From assembly GCA_002737625.1 (NCBI GenBank), contig NSIB01000001.1:1-62175 (forward strand): 62,175 nt of DNA, read 5' to 3'. This document shows, in pieces, positions 45,699 through 54,643 of the stretch. The translations under genes and the position numbers were made by a program. This DNA is from Flavobacteriales bacterium. Its GTDB lineage: Bacteria > Bacteroidota > Bacteroidia > NS11-12g > UBA955. The notes below the pieces were generated by a model. That model had not been told where the DNA came from. It saw nothing but the letters and a program-made list of their open reading frames with translations, and searched no databases. Every line of letters begins with the position of its first letter. The first letter of the stretch is position 1.

Positions 45699-46675
45699 GA
45701 TACAAAAATCGATTTGATAAAATCGTACTTATTAAATAGCTTTAAATCTTCGGCTTTCTCACCCAATCCAATATACTTTACAGGTAAGTTGTAGGCATGA
45801 CTCACACCAATCAACACACCTCCTTTGGCAGTTCCATCTAGCTTAGTAACAGCCAACGTATTCACTTGTGTGGCTGCTGAAAATTGTTTGGCTTGTTCAA
45901 AGGCATTCTGACCCGTTGTTGCATCAATCACGAGTAATACTTCCTGGGGCGCATCGGGTTTAAATTTCTCAATTACACGACGGATTTTTGATAATTCATT
46001 CATCAAACCAACCTTGTTGTGTAAACGACCCGCCGTATCAATAATTACCACATCGGCATTTTCTTCTACGGCTTTTTTAACGGCATCAAACGCCACCGAA
46101 GCTGGATCCGCATTCATTCCATGCGAAACAATAGAAACTCCGGCGCGATTCTGCCAAATGGTTAATTGTTCTACCGCCGCTGCGCGAAATGTATCGCCCG
46201 CGCCTAGCACAACCTTTTTTCCTAACTGCGCATAGTGATGTGCTAACTTTCCAATTGTAGTCGTTTTACCTACGCCATTAACGCCAACTACCAAAACCAC
46301 ATAAGGCTTAGAGGATCCGGAAAGCAACAAATCCGTTGCAACAGGACGTTCAATGTCTGGCATCAATTTCGCAATCTCATCTGCCAGCAACTCATGCAAC
46401 TCATCCTGAGAAAGATATGCTTCTTTAGAAACCCGCTTTTCCAAATTCTCAATAATTTGTACCGTAGTTTCTACGCCTACATCAGAAGTGAGCAATACTT
46501 CTTCCAATTCATCAAGGAAAGCGGCATCAATTTGACGTTTACCGGTGAACAGGCGACCCAATTTCGACAAAAAACCGGTGCGAGTTTTTCCCAATGCCTG
46601 CTGTGTTTGCAAAGCCTCGGGGGTTACTTCCTCGGGTTTGGCTTTGTTTTTTGAGAACCAATTAAACATGGACAT
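45695..46675 (-). CDS. ftsY: signal recognition particle-docking protein FtsY
   Basis: 326 aa. NG domain GVNGVGKTTTIGKLA, DTAGRLHN, TKLDGTAKGG. Confidence 0.96.
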   Translation of the reverse strand: MSMFNWFSKNKAKPEEVTPEALQTQQALGKTRTGFLSKLGRLFTGKRQIDAAFLDELEEVLLTSDVGVETTVQIIENLEKRVSKEAYLSQDELHELLADEIAKLMPDIERPVATDLLLSGSSKPYVVLVVGVNGVGKTTTIGKLAHHYAQLGKKVVLGAGDTFRAAAVEQLTIWQNRAGVSIVSHGMNADPASVAFDAVKKAVEENADVVIIDTAGRLHNKVGLMNELSKIRRVIEKFKPDAPQEVLLVIDATTGQNAFEQAKQFSAATQVNTLAVTKLDGTAKGGVLIGVSHAYNLPVKYIGLGEKAEDLKLFNKYDFIKSIFVS

Positions 46676-46695
46676 GGGCTTTAGTGATGTGAAGG

Positions 46696-46721
46696 TAAAA
46701 AAAAAGCCCCATGAAGGGGCT
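46696..46721 (-). terminator. intrinsic terminator after the rpmB-rpmG-DUF4295 operon
   Basis: The minus strand reads AGCCCCttcatGGGGCTTTTTTTTTACC. Confidence 0.75.
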
Positions 46722-46743
46722 GTAATATCTTAGAAATAACGAA

Positions 46744-46899
46744 TTATTTTGAGAAGAATGCCTTTACCTTATCGGCAGGTAAAATTTCTTCTTTGAAAGA
46801 ATACGCACCACTTTTGGGTGATTTAACGACTTTAATTGCTTTCACGTACTCGCTACCGACATCTGCTCTTTTAAGCGTTGCTACTACCTTCTTTGCCAT
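46744..46899 (-). CDS. DUF4295 family small protein (51 aa)
   Basis: Below the ORF-track size cutoff. Manual translation gives [51 protein letters not shown]. The position between rpmG and ftsY is the conserved Bacteroidota location of DUF4295. The start overlaps the rpmG stop (TAATG). Confidence 0.8.
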   Translation of the reverse strand: MAKKVVATLKRADVGSEYVKAIKVVKSPKSGAYSFKEEILPADKVKAFFSK

Positions 46900-47081
46900 T
46901 ATTTGATCTCCTTATGCATTGTAACTTTACGCATGTATGGGTTGTATTTCTTCAACTCAATACGCTCAGCTGTGTTTTTCTTATTTTTGGTGGTGATGTA
47001 ACGGCTCATGCCAGCTACTCCCGATCCTTTTTGCTCTGTGCATTCAAGAATCACTTGAACGCGACTTCCTTTTTTTGCCAT
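46899..47081 (-). CDS. rpmG: 50S ribosomal protein L33
   Basis: 60 aa: [60 protein letters not shown]. Confidence 0.95.
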   Translation of the reverse strand: MAKKGSRVQVILECTEQKGSGVAGMSRYITTKNKKNTAERIELKKYNPYMRKVTMHKEIK

Positions 47082-47083
47082 GA

Positions 47084-47317
47084 TTAGATCTTTCCTTTCT
47101 TAAATAAATTGTTAATGCAAGAAGAAATTCCTTTCTTATCGATGGTTTTGATGGTAGACGCAGCTACTTTCAAAGTAATCCACTCCCCAGTTTCAGGGAT
47201 ATAGAACTTCTTGGTCTGAAGGTTTGGGTAAAAACGACGCTTCGTTTTCTTGTTAGAATGCGAAACATTGTTGCCCTTCAAGGCCTTTTTTCCGGTTAAA
47301 TCACAAACGCGAGACAT
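47084..47317 (-). CDS. rpmB: 50S ribosomal protein L28
   Basis: 77 aa: [34 protein letters not shown]... Confidence 0.95.
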   Translation of the reverse strand: MSRVCDLTGKKALKGNNVSHSNKKTKRRFYPNLQTKKFYIPETGEWITLKVAASTIKTIDKKGISSCINNLFKKGKI

Positions 47318-47349
47318 AATTTTTGGGGTTGCAAAGATAAGAAAAATGT

Positions 47350-48684
47350 TTAAATATTCAAAGTGTTGTCATCTTTTATTTGAGAATTATCAGTGCCTTT
47401 GGTTCTTAACATCACTTGCCAAGCCACAATTACGATCAGAACACCGGCTTGACGTTCCAAAAGGCTCTCAAACATCATTGCCGCAACCAGTGCCGCCCAA
47501 ATCTGTTGATTACTACCCAAGGTATTTCCACCCACGACCGCCAATCCTAGAAACACGAAAATAAAAAACAAAGTAGCACAAACCCAACCCGACTGCAATG
47601 CCATTTCCAACCATTGATTATGGATCCCAATCCTATGTCGTTCCGCCAAAGGAACATCCAAGCGAGAATATTCCTTCTGCAAACGTTCGTCTGTCCAAGC
47701 CCCGGCGCCCACAACAGCAGAATTCGATTCTGACCCGAGCACACTAACGGCCGATTTCCATGCAATCCAACGCTGCCCAAAGCTCTTGTGCGTTACATCA
47801 CCCCCACTCCAGGTTGTTTTAAAATCAACCCATGTATTTGTAATGCGATTTCGTGCACTCGGCAACGCCAAAAGCCCAACGAGCAACAGGGGCAATAATA
47901 GTAGAGCTCTACGGTGGAATGATGGCTTATTGTAAATCCATTTACCCATCATCAGTGACCCACCGATATAAAGCAATATCAATCCAGTTCTAGAACCCAA
48001 AACATGCATACAGATCACAAGCACCAATCCTGCAGCCATGGCTAAATAATTTTCACGTAAATTCTTTTGAATCAATCCTCTCATGATCAATAAAATCATC
48101 AACCCCATCATCGTAGCAAATTCTATGTGATATACGCCTGAATACAATGGAATAGGTTTGCTTTCTAGTACCATTTGATCATAAAAATTGCGATGCTGGA
48201 AATAATGAATCACACTACTTACGCCCACCCAAATCAAAGGCAGCACCCCCAAAAACCATCCCCCACCAAATATCGTCCGTAACCGCCGCCCCCAACCATA
48301 AGCCATTGCAACCAATAACAAAGGAAGTTTAATCAAAACCTTGTTTGATGCCATCTGGCCTATCACATTTTCCTTCTCCAAAAAACTTCCCGCAACATCT
48401 AATGGCACCCCCGCAGAACCTCCAACACCCACCATCCATGGCCAATAACCGCTCAACAAAATCACACCAATATTCCAACCACAACAAATCGCAACACCCC
48501 ACCAAAACCATCGAAATGAGCCGGTCTCCTCTACCTTATCTCCCCATACCCAGAGCTGAAACACGTAAGCAATTAAACCCATCGAAGCCAATGCGGGCGA
48601 AAAATGAATACATCCCAATGACACCCATAAGAGCACATCAGTCCTCAACCAAAATTTTACATCCAACGCCTTAATGGGCCACAT
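47350..48684 (-). CDS. O-antigen ligase (Wzy_C)-like polytopic membrane protein
   Basis: About 10-12 TM segments with a larger loop containing GSRTGLILLYIGG. Start trimmed to ATG 48684 (14-nt overlap with the upstream gene instead of 115 nt). The family call rests on topology and one weak motif. Confidence 0.5.
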   Translation of the reverse strand: MWPIKALDVKFWLRTDVLLWVSLGCIHFSPALASMGLIAYVFQLWVWGDKVEETGSFRWFWWGVAICCGWNIGVILLSGYWPWMVGVGGSAGVPLDVAGSFLEKENVIGQMASNKVLIKLPLLLVAMAYGWGRRLRTIFGGGWFLGVLPLIWVGVSSVIHYFQHRNFYDQMVLESKPIPLYSGVYHIEFATMMGLMILLIMRGLIQKNLRENYLAMAAGLVLVICMHVLGSRTGLILLYIGGSLMMGKWIYNKPSFHRRALLLLPLLLVGLLALPSARNRITNTWVDFKTTWSGGDVTHKSFGQRWIAWKSAVSVLGSESNSAVVGAGAWTDERLQKEYSRLDVPLAERHRIGIHNQWLEMALQSGWVCATLFFIFVFLGLAVVGGNTLGSNQQIWAALVAAMMFESLLERQAGVLIVIVAWQVMLRTKGTDNSQIKDDNTLNI

Positions 48685-49774
48685 AACGAATCTGTAATGT
48701 AGCGTTCTGCTGTGCAATACCCAAACGATTGGCCACAGACTGACTAATCGCAATTTGCGTATTACCCTTCTCCGGCAAAGACCCAATTACCGTGCAATAC
48801 ACCATTTTTTTGTTGGATGTATTTACCACCGCAATCACCTCGCCTTTGCGATGATTGTTCATCATCACCCAAGAACGATCCGGCTGAATCCCTTCATATC
48901 CAATTTGAGCCGTTACCATTTTTTCATATTCCCTCATCGCCGATTTTACTTTAACCGCTTGCACTTGCTCTGGCATTCCTCCCTGATTGTCCACAGCAAC
49001 CAAAGTTTTGTCGGCTGGAACCGCGGTAACCCCTGTCACTCTTTGCGTATTTGGCAATTCCGCTTCCCTAACAATTACTGGTGTAATCGCAGTTTTTACA
49101 ACTGTCATTGAATCCATCTTTGCCGGCTCAAGTGCCGCAAGCGATTTTTCCGTTCTGGGAATCCATAACTTCTGATTGATCGAAAGTTGCTCTGATGTCA
49201 AAAGATTGATCCTCTTGATATCCGCCACCGATACCCCGTATTTCTTTGAAATACTAAACAAACTCTGTCCTTTCTGCACCACGTGGTCGAACGTATTTTC
49301 TGGAGCCATTTGCACATCCATCATAGCCACTGGCTTTTTCAACAACAACGAATCAACACCCACCGTAACAGGCCTCACTTCCGTTGCCGGTTTAACTTCT
49401 GTTGCTGTCTTTATTGTTGATCCAGGAAGTTTTTCACTCTCAACTTCTACCATAGCCCCAGAGGTTTCCTCTACAGGATTTAAGCGAGGCGCTGCAATGG
49501 GATCAGATTTGACCGGCTTTTTTGTCTTCTGCTTCACCTTCACGCGCATACCCGGCTTCAACATCCCAATATCCGGATTCAACGCCTTCAATTCCTCAAT
49601 GCTGCAATGGTATTTCTTGCCGATGGCATATAGGGTTTCCCCCTTTTTTACTTTGTGCTCAATTTCGATCACCATCTCCGATGAATTGGCCTGACCTAGC
49701 GATGGATTGCTGTAAATCAAACCAATTAACGCTATCGTAATAACTTTCACTGCAAACTTTTTCCAATGGATCAT
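48671..49774 (-). CDS. secreted protein with two LysM domains and an uncharacterised C-terminal domain
   Basis: Signal peptide. LysM repeats HKVKKGETLYAIGKKYHCSIEELKALNP and HVVQKGQSLFSISKKYGVSVADIKRINLL. Confidence 0.7.
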   Translation of the reverse strand: MIHWKKFAVKVITIALIGLIYSNPSLGQANSSEMVIEIEHKVKKGETLYAIGKKYHCSIEELKALNPDIGMLKPGMRVKVKQKTKKPVKSDPIAAPRLNPVEETSGAMVEVESEKLPGSTIKTATEVKPATEVRPVTVGVDSLLLKKPVAMMDVQMAPENTFDHVVQKGQSLFSISKKYGVSVADIKRINLLTSEQLSINQKLWIPRTEKSLAALEPAKMDSMTVVKTAITPVIVREAELPNTQRVTGVTAVPADKTLVAVDNQGGMPEQVQAVKVKSAMREYEKMVTAQIGYEGIQPDRSWVMMNNHRKGEVIAVVNTSNKKMVYCTVIGSLPEKGNTQIAISQSVANRLGIAQQNATLQIRYVAH

Positions 49775-49846
49775 ACATACAATAATAATACAAGGAAGAT
49801 CGGGAATTAGAAACGACTATACACAACTCGGAGGTTGTTTAATAAA

Positions 49847-51385
49847 TCAAACACTCAACCAATCCGAAGGCAAGGGTTGCTGCTCTCCTTTTTCTAAGAA
49901 AACGATGCGATGTGCAATGGCCCTAGCCACTTCTAAGTTGTGTGTAATAAAAATATAAGCCAACCCACGATCCCGCTGTAACCCTAACAACAAATCCAAT
50001 ACTTGCTTCTGAACCAACGGATCTAAAGCAGCCACAGCCTCGTCTAAAATCAACACTTTTGGGTCCGATGCCAATGCCCTAGCGATACATAAACGCTGAC
50101 GTTGTCCACCGCTCATCTCGTGGGGATAAGCCTCTGCCAAACGCAGATCAAATCCTACCTCGCGCAACAGCGCCATGGCTTTTTCTCTGCATCCTGACTT
50201 TGTTTCATGCATAAAAGTGTTATTCTCTTTCGTATAGTCCACATTTTTTTTGCCTTTATTGATCCATTCAACCACCTCCGACACCGCATCGATGGACTTA
50301 TCGTTGGGATTCAAAGAAGAATAGGGATCCTGAAACACCATTTGAATTCCCGTGGGCGGACGACGGTTCAAAGATTTCGAATTGAGCTCAATCGAACCCT
50401 CCGTGGGCAATTCCAAAGCCACCAACAATTTAGCCAATGTGCTTTTTCCAGAACCCGACAAACCCACAATGGCCAACGTTTCCCCTCGATGTAAAATGTC
50501 GGTAAACCCTCGCAACGCCTTAACTTCCCATCCCTTTTGTTGATACGTTTTCCCCAAGTCGCGAATTTCCAACACCGGCAAAAATTCAACCAAAGGCTTC
50601 ACCCAAACACCACTCGGCATCGCCTCAATCAATTCTTTTACATACAGGTGAGCCTGTTCTCCAAATACTGTAAGTGAATCGCCCTGAGCCAAACAAACGC
50701 CTTTCTTAAGCACCGTTACCCCTTCAGCATATTGCTTTACTAAGTCCAATTCATGACTCACCCATAGCAATGAACTGCCCTGATCCTTGCAAATCCGCTC
50801 CAAATCGCGCATCACCTGCTGCCTAGCAACACTATCTAACGCCGTTGTGGGTTCGTCTGCCAAAATCAATGGTGGTTCATGCACACATGCCATGGCTATC
50901 ATAACTCTCTGACGTTGTCCGCCACTCAATTGGTGGGGATAAGCACTCAGAATCCGATCCAAAATATCACCCAAGCCCAACTGCATTAACTTCCGCTCCA
51001 CTTTCCCCTTGGCCAGTTCAATGTCTTTTTCATGAATTAGCGCCGACTCCATCAATTGCTTTCCGCAACGCATCTGTGGATTCAAAGCTGTCATTGGCTC
51101 CTGAAATATCATTCCAATTTCTTTGCCGCGGATACCTCGCCAAGCCGTCTCAGATAAACCCATCAACTCGATTCCGTTCAATTGTATGGAACCACTTACA
51201 CTCAGCGCGGGTGACAGCAAACCCATAACCCCAAACAGCGTTAACGACTTACCACTGCCACTCTCCCCAATAATTCCATGAATTTCACCGGGATTAACGT
51301 CCAACGAATCCAAGGATAACAAGGAATTCCCATTGATAGAAATCTGTAAATTTCGAATACTCAATAAGGGTCCGTTCACTGTCAT
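49847..51385 (-). CDS. ABC transporter ATP-binding protein with two fused ATPase domains (Dpp/Opp-type)
   Basis: Two Walker A sites (GESGSGKS, GLSGSGKS), two signature motifs (LSGGQRQR, MSGGQRQR) and two Walker B sites (ILADEPT, LILDEAV). The start is uncertain (51385 or 51415). Confidence 0.88.
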   Translation of the reverse strand: MTVNGPLLSIRNLQISINGNSLLSLDSLDVNPGEIHGIIGESGSGKSLTLFGVMGLLSPALSVSGSIQLNGIELMGLSETAWRGIRGKEIGMIFQEPMTALNPQMRCGKQLMESALIHEKDIELAKGKVERKLMQLGLGDILDRILSAYPHQLSGGQRQRVMIAMACVHEPPLILADEPTTALDSVARQQVMRDLERICKDQGSSLLWVSHELDLVKQYAEGVTVLKKGVCLAQGDSLTVFGEQAHLYVKELIEAMPSGVWVKPLVEFLPVLEIRDLGKTYQQKGWEVKALRGFTDILHRGETLAIVGLSGSGKSTLAKLLVALELPTEGSIELNSKSLNRRPPTGIQMVFQDPYSSLNPNDKSIDAVSEVVEWINKGKKNVDYTKENNTFMHETKSGCREKAMALLREVGFDLRLAEAYPHEMSGGQRQRLCIARALASDPKVLILDEAVAALDPLVQKQVLDLLLGLQRDRGLAYIFITHNLEVARAIAHRIVFLEKGEQQPLPSDWLSV

Positions 51386-51435
51386 CCAAGCAAAGGTAAT
51401 CACCATTGCTTTCAATTTACAAAAGTGAATATCTA

Positions 51436-51471
51436 TAAAAAAGGAAAGCGGGCCGCATGCGGCCCGCTTTC
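51436..51471 (-). terminator. intrinsic terminator after the tonB-like gene
   Basis: The minus strand reads GAAAGCGGGCCGCatGCGGCCCGCTTTCCTTTTTT. Confidence 0.8.
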
Positions 51472-51512
51472 AATATCTATTTCGGCGAAAAAATTTACGC
51501 TACAGCGCCCCT

Positions 51513-52322
51513 TTAATCAACCGACAGCTTAATAGGAATTTCCCTCCATGATTTCAAGAAAGTACCATTGTTTTGGCCAGGCACCCAACGAGGTGACTTT
51601 TTCAAAACACGAATGGCCTCAGTGGTGAATTCTGGACAACTCTTTGTTTCTTCAATGGCCTGAACACGGGAAATTCTACCGGCTTCATCCACCACAAAAC
51701 GGAGCATTACAGAACCATTGATTCCTTCGTCCTGACAGCGTTGAGGATAAATAAACTCAGCTTGAACGTAGTCTCTAAATGCGACTTCACCACCAGGGAA
51801 ATTGGCTTTAATCTGAACGTTTGTTGCGATTTTGTTACCATCTCCAGTTGGACCTCCCGATTCGTTAAAGTCTGGTGCTTCAAATTCATCGAGACCTTCC
51901 TTCGTATCCTTACCGGTAGTTTTAATCTCATCTGGGGGAATAATTACATCATCAGAGGTAGCATCTGGATTGATTTTGGGAACAACATATTGCTGTGTAG
52001 CAACTTGAGGCTCTGGCTCTTCAATCTTTGGCTTCTCCGGCTCTTTCTCTTCCTCCTCTGGCGCCTTTACATCGTCTATATTGGTTACCTTCAATACCGT
52101 CCTGTGTTCAACCTCCTTTGGAAAGAAAAAATCATAAATGATGGGCGCTGCAGAAAACAAGCCCGTAATCGATAAAGCAATGATTGTTGCCATCGTTTGG
52201 TTCTTGTTAAAACTCTTACGAATCTCATACGCACCGTACTCCTTAAATCGATCGGCAAAGACCATTTCATTGCGCGCTGGCGATTGCACTTGGTCCCATT
52301 TGTTAATCAAACTTTCAGACAT
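51513..52322 (-). CDS. energy transducer TonB family protein
   Basis: N-terminal TM anchor, Pro/Glu/Lys-rich spacer (APEEEEKEPEKPKIEEPEP) and a C-terminal TonB domain (ANFPGGEVAFRDYV...GSVMLRFVVDEAGRIS). It is the last gene of an exbB-exbD-exbD-tonB cluster. Confidence 0.85.
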   Translation of the reverse strand: MSESLINKWDQVQSPARNEMVFADRFKEYGAYEIRKSFNKNQTMATIIALSITGLFSAAPIIYDFFFPKEVEHRTVLKVTNIDDVKAPEEEEKEPEKPKIEEPEPQVATQQYVVPKINPDATSDDVIIPPDEIKTTGKDTKEGLDEFEAPDFNESGGPTGDGNKIATNVQIKANFPGGEVAFRDYVQAEFIYPQRCQDEGINGSVMLRFVVDEAGRISRVQAIEETKSCPEFTTEAIRVLKKSPRWVPGQNNGTFLKSWREIPIKLSVD

Positions 52323-52327
52323 AGCGA

Positions 52328-52963
52328 TTAGGATTTAGTTTTTAGATCAATAAGCTTCTTTTCAAGCGGAGCCATTCCCTCGTCCACAGCAAAATATTTG
52401 GCGATCTGGCAAATCATAAATTCGTCCATCACGTCAATCACATTGCGATACGATGCCTTGTCGTCGTTTTTCAACAACACCACCAACTTCGAATCTCTTT
52501 GTGCTTGTTTTACTTTGGCATCGATGGCATTGCGCTTGGCAGTATCTTTATCATCGATCTTGTTCAATTGTTTTTCAAAATCACGCAACTGGGTTAACAA
52601 TGTTAAATTGTTCTCAACCAATATTTTGCGCAATCCATTTTTGGTGTAATCGGTTTCTTCTAAAACAGCTTTATCGTTCAAAGCTCCGCGATACCAATAC
52701 ACTTTATCATTCCCGGTTAAAAGTATGGTGATACCATCCTTTACCTCGGGTTGCTTCATATTTTTTAAATCCTTTTCATCCAGTTTCTCTGGAAATATCA
52801 TTCTCAACACCTTGGGCTGAGAGAACGTTGAGGTAAGTACGAAGAAGGTTAACAACAAAAACGCCAAATCCACCAAGGGTGTCATATCCACCCGGGTACT
52901 CTGTTTTTTGGCTCTTTTTTTGCCGCCGCCGCCGCCGCCACCATTCGATTGTATTTCTGCCAT
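52328..52963 (-). CDS. exbD: ExbD/TolR family biopolymer transport protein
   Basis: VDMTPLVDLAFLLLTFFVLTS motif. The N-terminus carries a G7 run. Confidence 0.85.
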   Translation of the reverse strand: MAEIQSNGGGGGGGKKRAKKQSTRVDMTPLVDLAFLLLTFFVLTSTFSQPKVLRMIFPEKLDEKDLKNMKQPEVKDGITILLTGNDKVYWYRGALNDKAVLEETDYTKNGLRKILVENNLTLLTQLRDFEKQLNKIDDKDTAKRNAIDAKVKQAQRDSKLVVLLKNDDKASYRNVIDVMDEFMICQIAKYFAVDEGMAPLEKKLIDLKTKS

Positions 52964-52979
52964 GGTTCTACTCTCCTAT

Positions 52980-53651
52980 TTAGTCTTTCGGTTTTGCTTC
53001 CAAACCGGTGATCATCTGAAAATTCTTTACTTTGGCTTCCCTAAATACTTGAATAACGTTTTTCAAGACGTTGTATTTTGTGTTACCGTCGGCTTTTACT
53101 GCAAACTGAATATAATTTTCCTTATCAAAAGGCAATCCACGCTTTGTGGCTTCAGCTTCGCGATATTTGAAATCGTCGTGTGCTCTCAAACGGGAATTGT
53201 AAGCCCAATGATACAGCTGACTCTTTTTGATATTTAACGTATCGTACGGAACGCCAGATTGCTGCACTTTGATGCGCGCATTGACTTCCAGTTCCAGATA
53301 CGCAGGGATGGCTTCCATCTTTAGTCCAATTGGACCAGCACCAGCAAATTTCTTTACTTCCTCAGCACTCATTTGCACCTTAAAATCGCGCATCATATCC
53401 TTCAATACCAATTCTTTTACTGCAGGATTGGTAAGATCAATGAATACCCTTCCATCAGCATCTACGGTCACCAAAAACACCTGTTTGGGTATTTGCATTT
53501 CGGTAGTAGAGGAGGGAGGATCTACGAATACGGGCTCTGGAGCGCGGAAACTTGAGGTCAACATAAAGAACGTCACCAGAAGGAATGCCAAATCCACCAT
53601 TGGCGTCATATCCAATGAAGGGGTGGAACGGGGCATACTTACTTTAGGCAT
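52980..53651 (-). CDS. exbD: ExbD/TolR family biopolymer transport protein
   Basis: LDMTPMVDLAFLLVTFFMLTS motif. Confidence 0.85.
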   Translation of the reverse strand: MPKVSMPRSTPSLDMTPMVDLAFLLVTFFMLTSSFRAPEPVFVDPPSSTTEMQIPKQVFLVTVDADGRVFIDLTNPAVKELVLKDMMRDFKVQMSAEEVKKFAGAGPIGLKMEAIPAYLELEVNARIKVQQSGVPYDTLNIKKSQLYHWAYNSRLRAHDDFKYREAEATKRGLPFDKENYIQFAVKADGNTKYNVLKNVIQVFREAKVKNFQMITGLEAKPKD

Positions 53652-53705
53652 GTTCGTAAAATGGTTACGTTAATCCGGGTTTAAACCAAAAGGTAAATAA
53701 CCGAA

Positions 53706-54521
53706 TTAACCGTGGTTGGCCTGGAAGTTAGAAATAATAGAATAACCCGCTTCGTCCATGCTGTGTGTCATGCTATCAATGCGGTTAGAGAAATAGTTAT
53801 AACTGATGATCGACAAAGTTGATCCAATGATACCAAAAGCTGTGTTTACCAAAGCCTCAGAGATTCCTGTTGCCAAGGCAGCAGTATCAGGAGCACCAGA
53901 GTTAGCCAACGCCGCAAATGCACGAATCATACCAAATACTGTTCCAATCAAACCGATCAAAGTACCAATGGATGCGCAAGTAGAAATGATTACCAAATTC
54001 TTAGAAAGCATTGGCAATTCCAAGCTAGTGGCCTCTTCCAATTCTTTTTCGATAGCAGCTTTCTTTTCGTCGCGATGCAAATCTGTTTTCGCAGCAACCA
54101 CTTGGTACCGAGTTAAACCAGAACGAACCACGTTGGCCAATGAACCACGCTGTTGATCACAGGCAGCAATTGCACCGTCTAAATTGTTTTGCGACAACAT
54201 TCCACGCATTTTGAGAACAAATTCAGTGGCATTTCCAAGACCTGAAGCGGCAGACAATGTGATAAAACGCTCGATAGTAACCAAAATTACAGTAATATTT
54301 ACTGCAATCAACAAGGGTACGATGGCAATACCACCGCGATAGATGATTCCCAAAAGTCCCAATGGGTGTCCTTTGGCAACGTCTCCATCTTCAAAGTTGG
54401 CAGGATTTCCTAATAAGAAAATGTAAATTGAATACCCAGCGGCAATTGCAAACAAAATGGCAAGGCTAGAGAAATAAGCCATCCAAGCGTTGTTTCCCGA
54501 TTTGTTGTTGTTATTTGTCAT
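53706..54521 (-). CDS. exbB: MotA/TolQ/ExbB proton-channel family protein
   Basis: 271 aa, three TM segments, with the conserved C-terminal block IGLIGTVFGMIRAF...ALATGISEALVNTAFG. Confidence 0.9.
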   Translation of the reverse strand: MTNNNNKSGNNAWMAYFSSLAILFAIAAGYSIYIFLLGNPANFEDGDVAKGHPLGLLGIIYRGGIAIVPLLIAVNITVILVTIERFITLSAASGLGNATEFVLKMRGMLSQNNLDGAIAACDQQRGSLANVVRSGLTRYQVVAAKTDLHRDEKKAAIEKELEEATSLELPMLSKNLVIISTCASIGTLIGLIGTVFGMIRAFAALANSGAPDTAALATGISEALVNTAFGIIGSTLSIISYNYFSNRIDSMTHSMDEAGYSIISNFQANHG

Positions 54522-54589
54522 AATAATTTTACGTTTCTATTTTTATAAGGTGCAATAATACGGCCTCCCACTTTTAAAAGCAAGTAAAG

Positions 54590-54614
54590 AAAATGTTAAA
54601 TCAGTTAACATTTT
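54590..54614 (-). terminator. AT-rich hairpin (10-bp stem) between the ECF-operon end and exbB; possible terminator
   Basis: AAAATGTTAA-atcag-TTAACATTTT, 30 nt downstream of the 54644 stop on the minus strand. There is no clean T-run. Confidence 0.3.
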
Positions 54615-54643
54615 AGGAAGAAAACACAGGTTTTTTTGGGTGC

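Noticed and set aside
49176-49740. 172-aa and 72-aa plus-strand ORFs inside the LysM gene
   Set aside because: These are antisense shadows. The LysM reading frame has a signal peptide and two canonical LysM repeats.
53227-53673. 148-aa plus-strand ORF over exbD
   Set aside because: It is antisense to an ExbD gene with the canonical TM motif.
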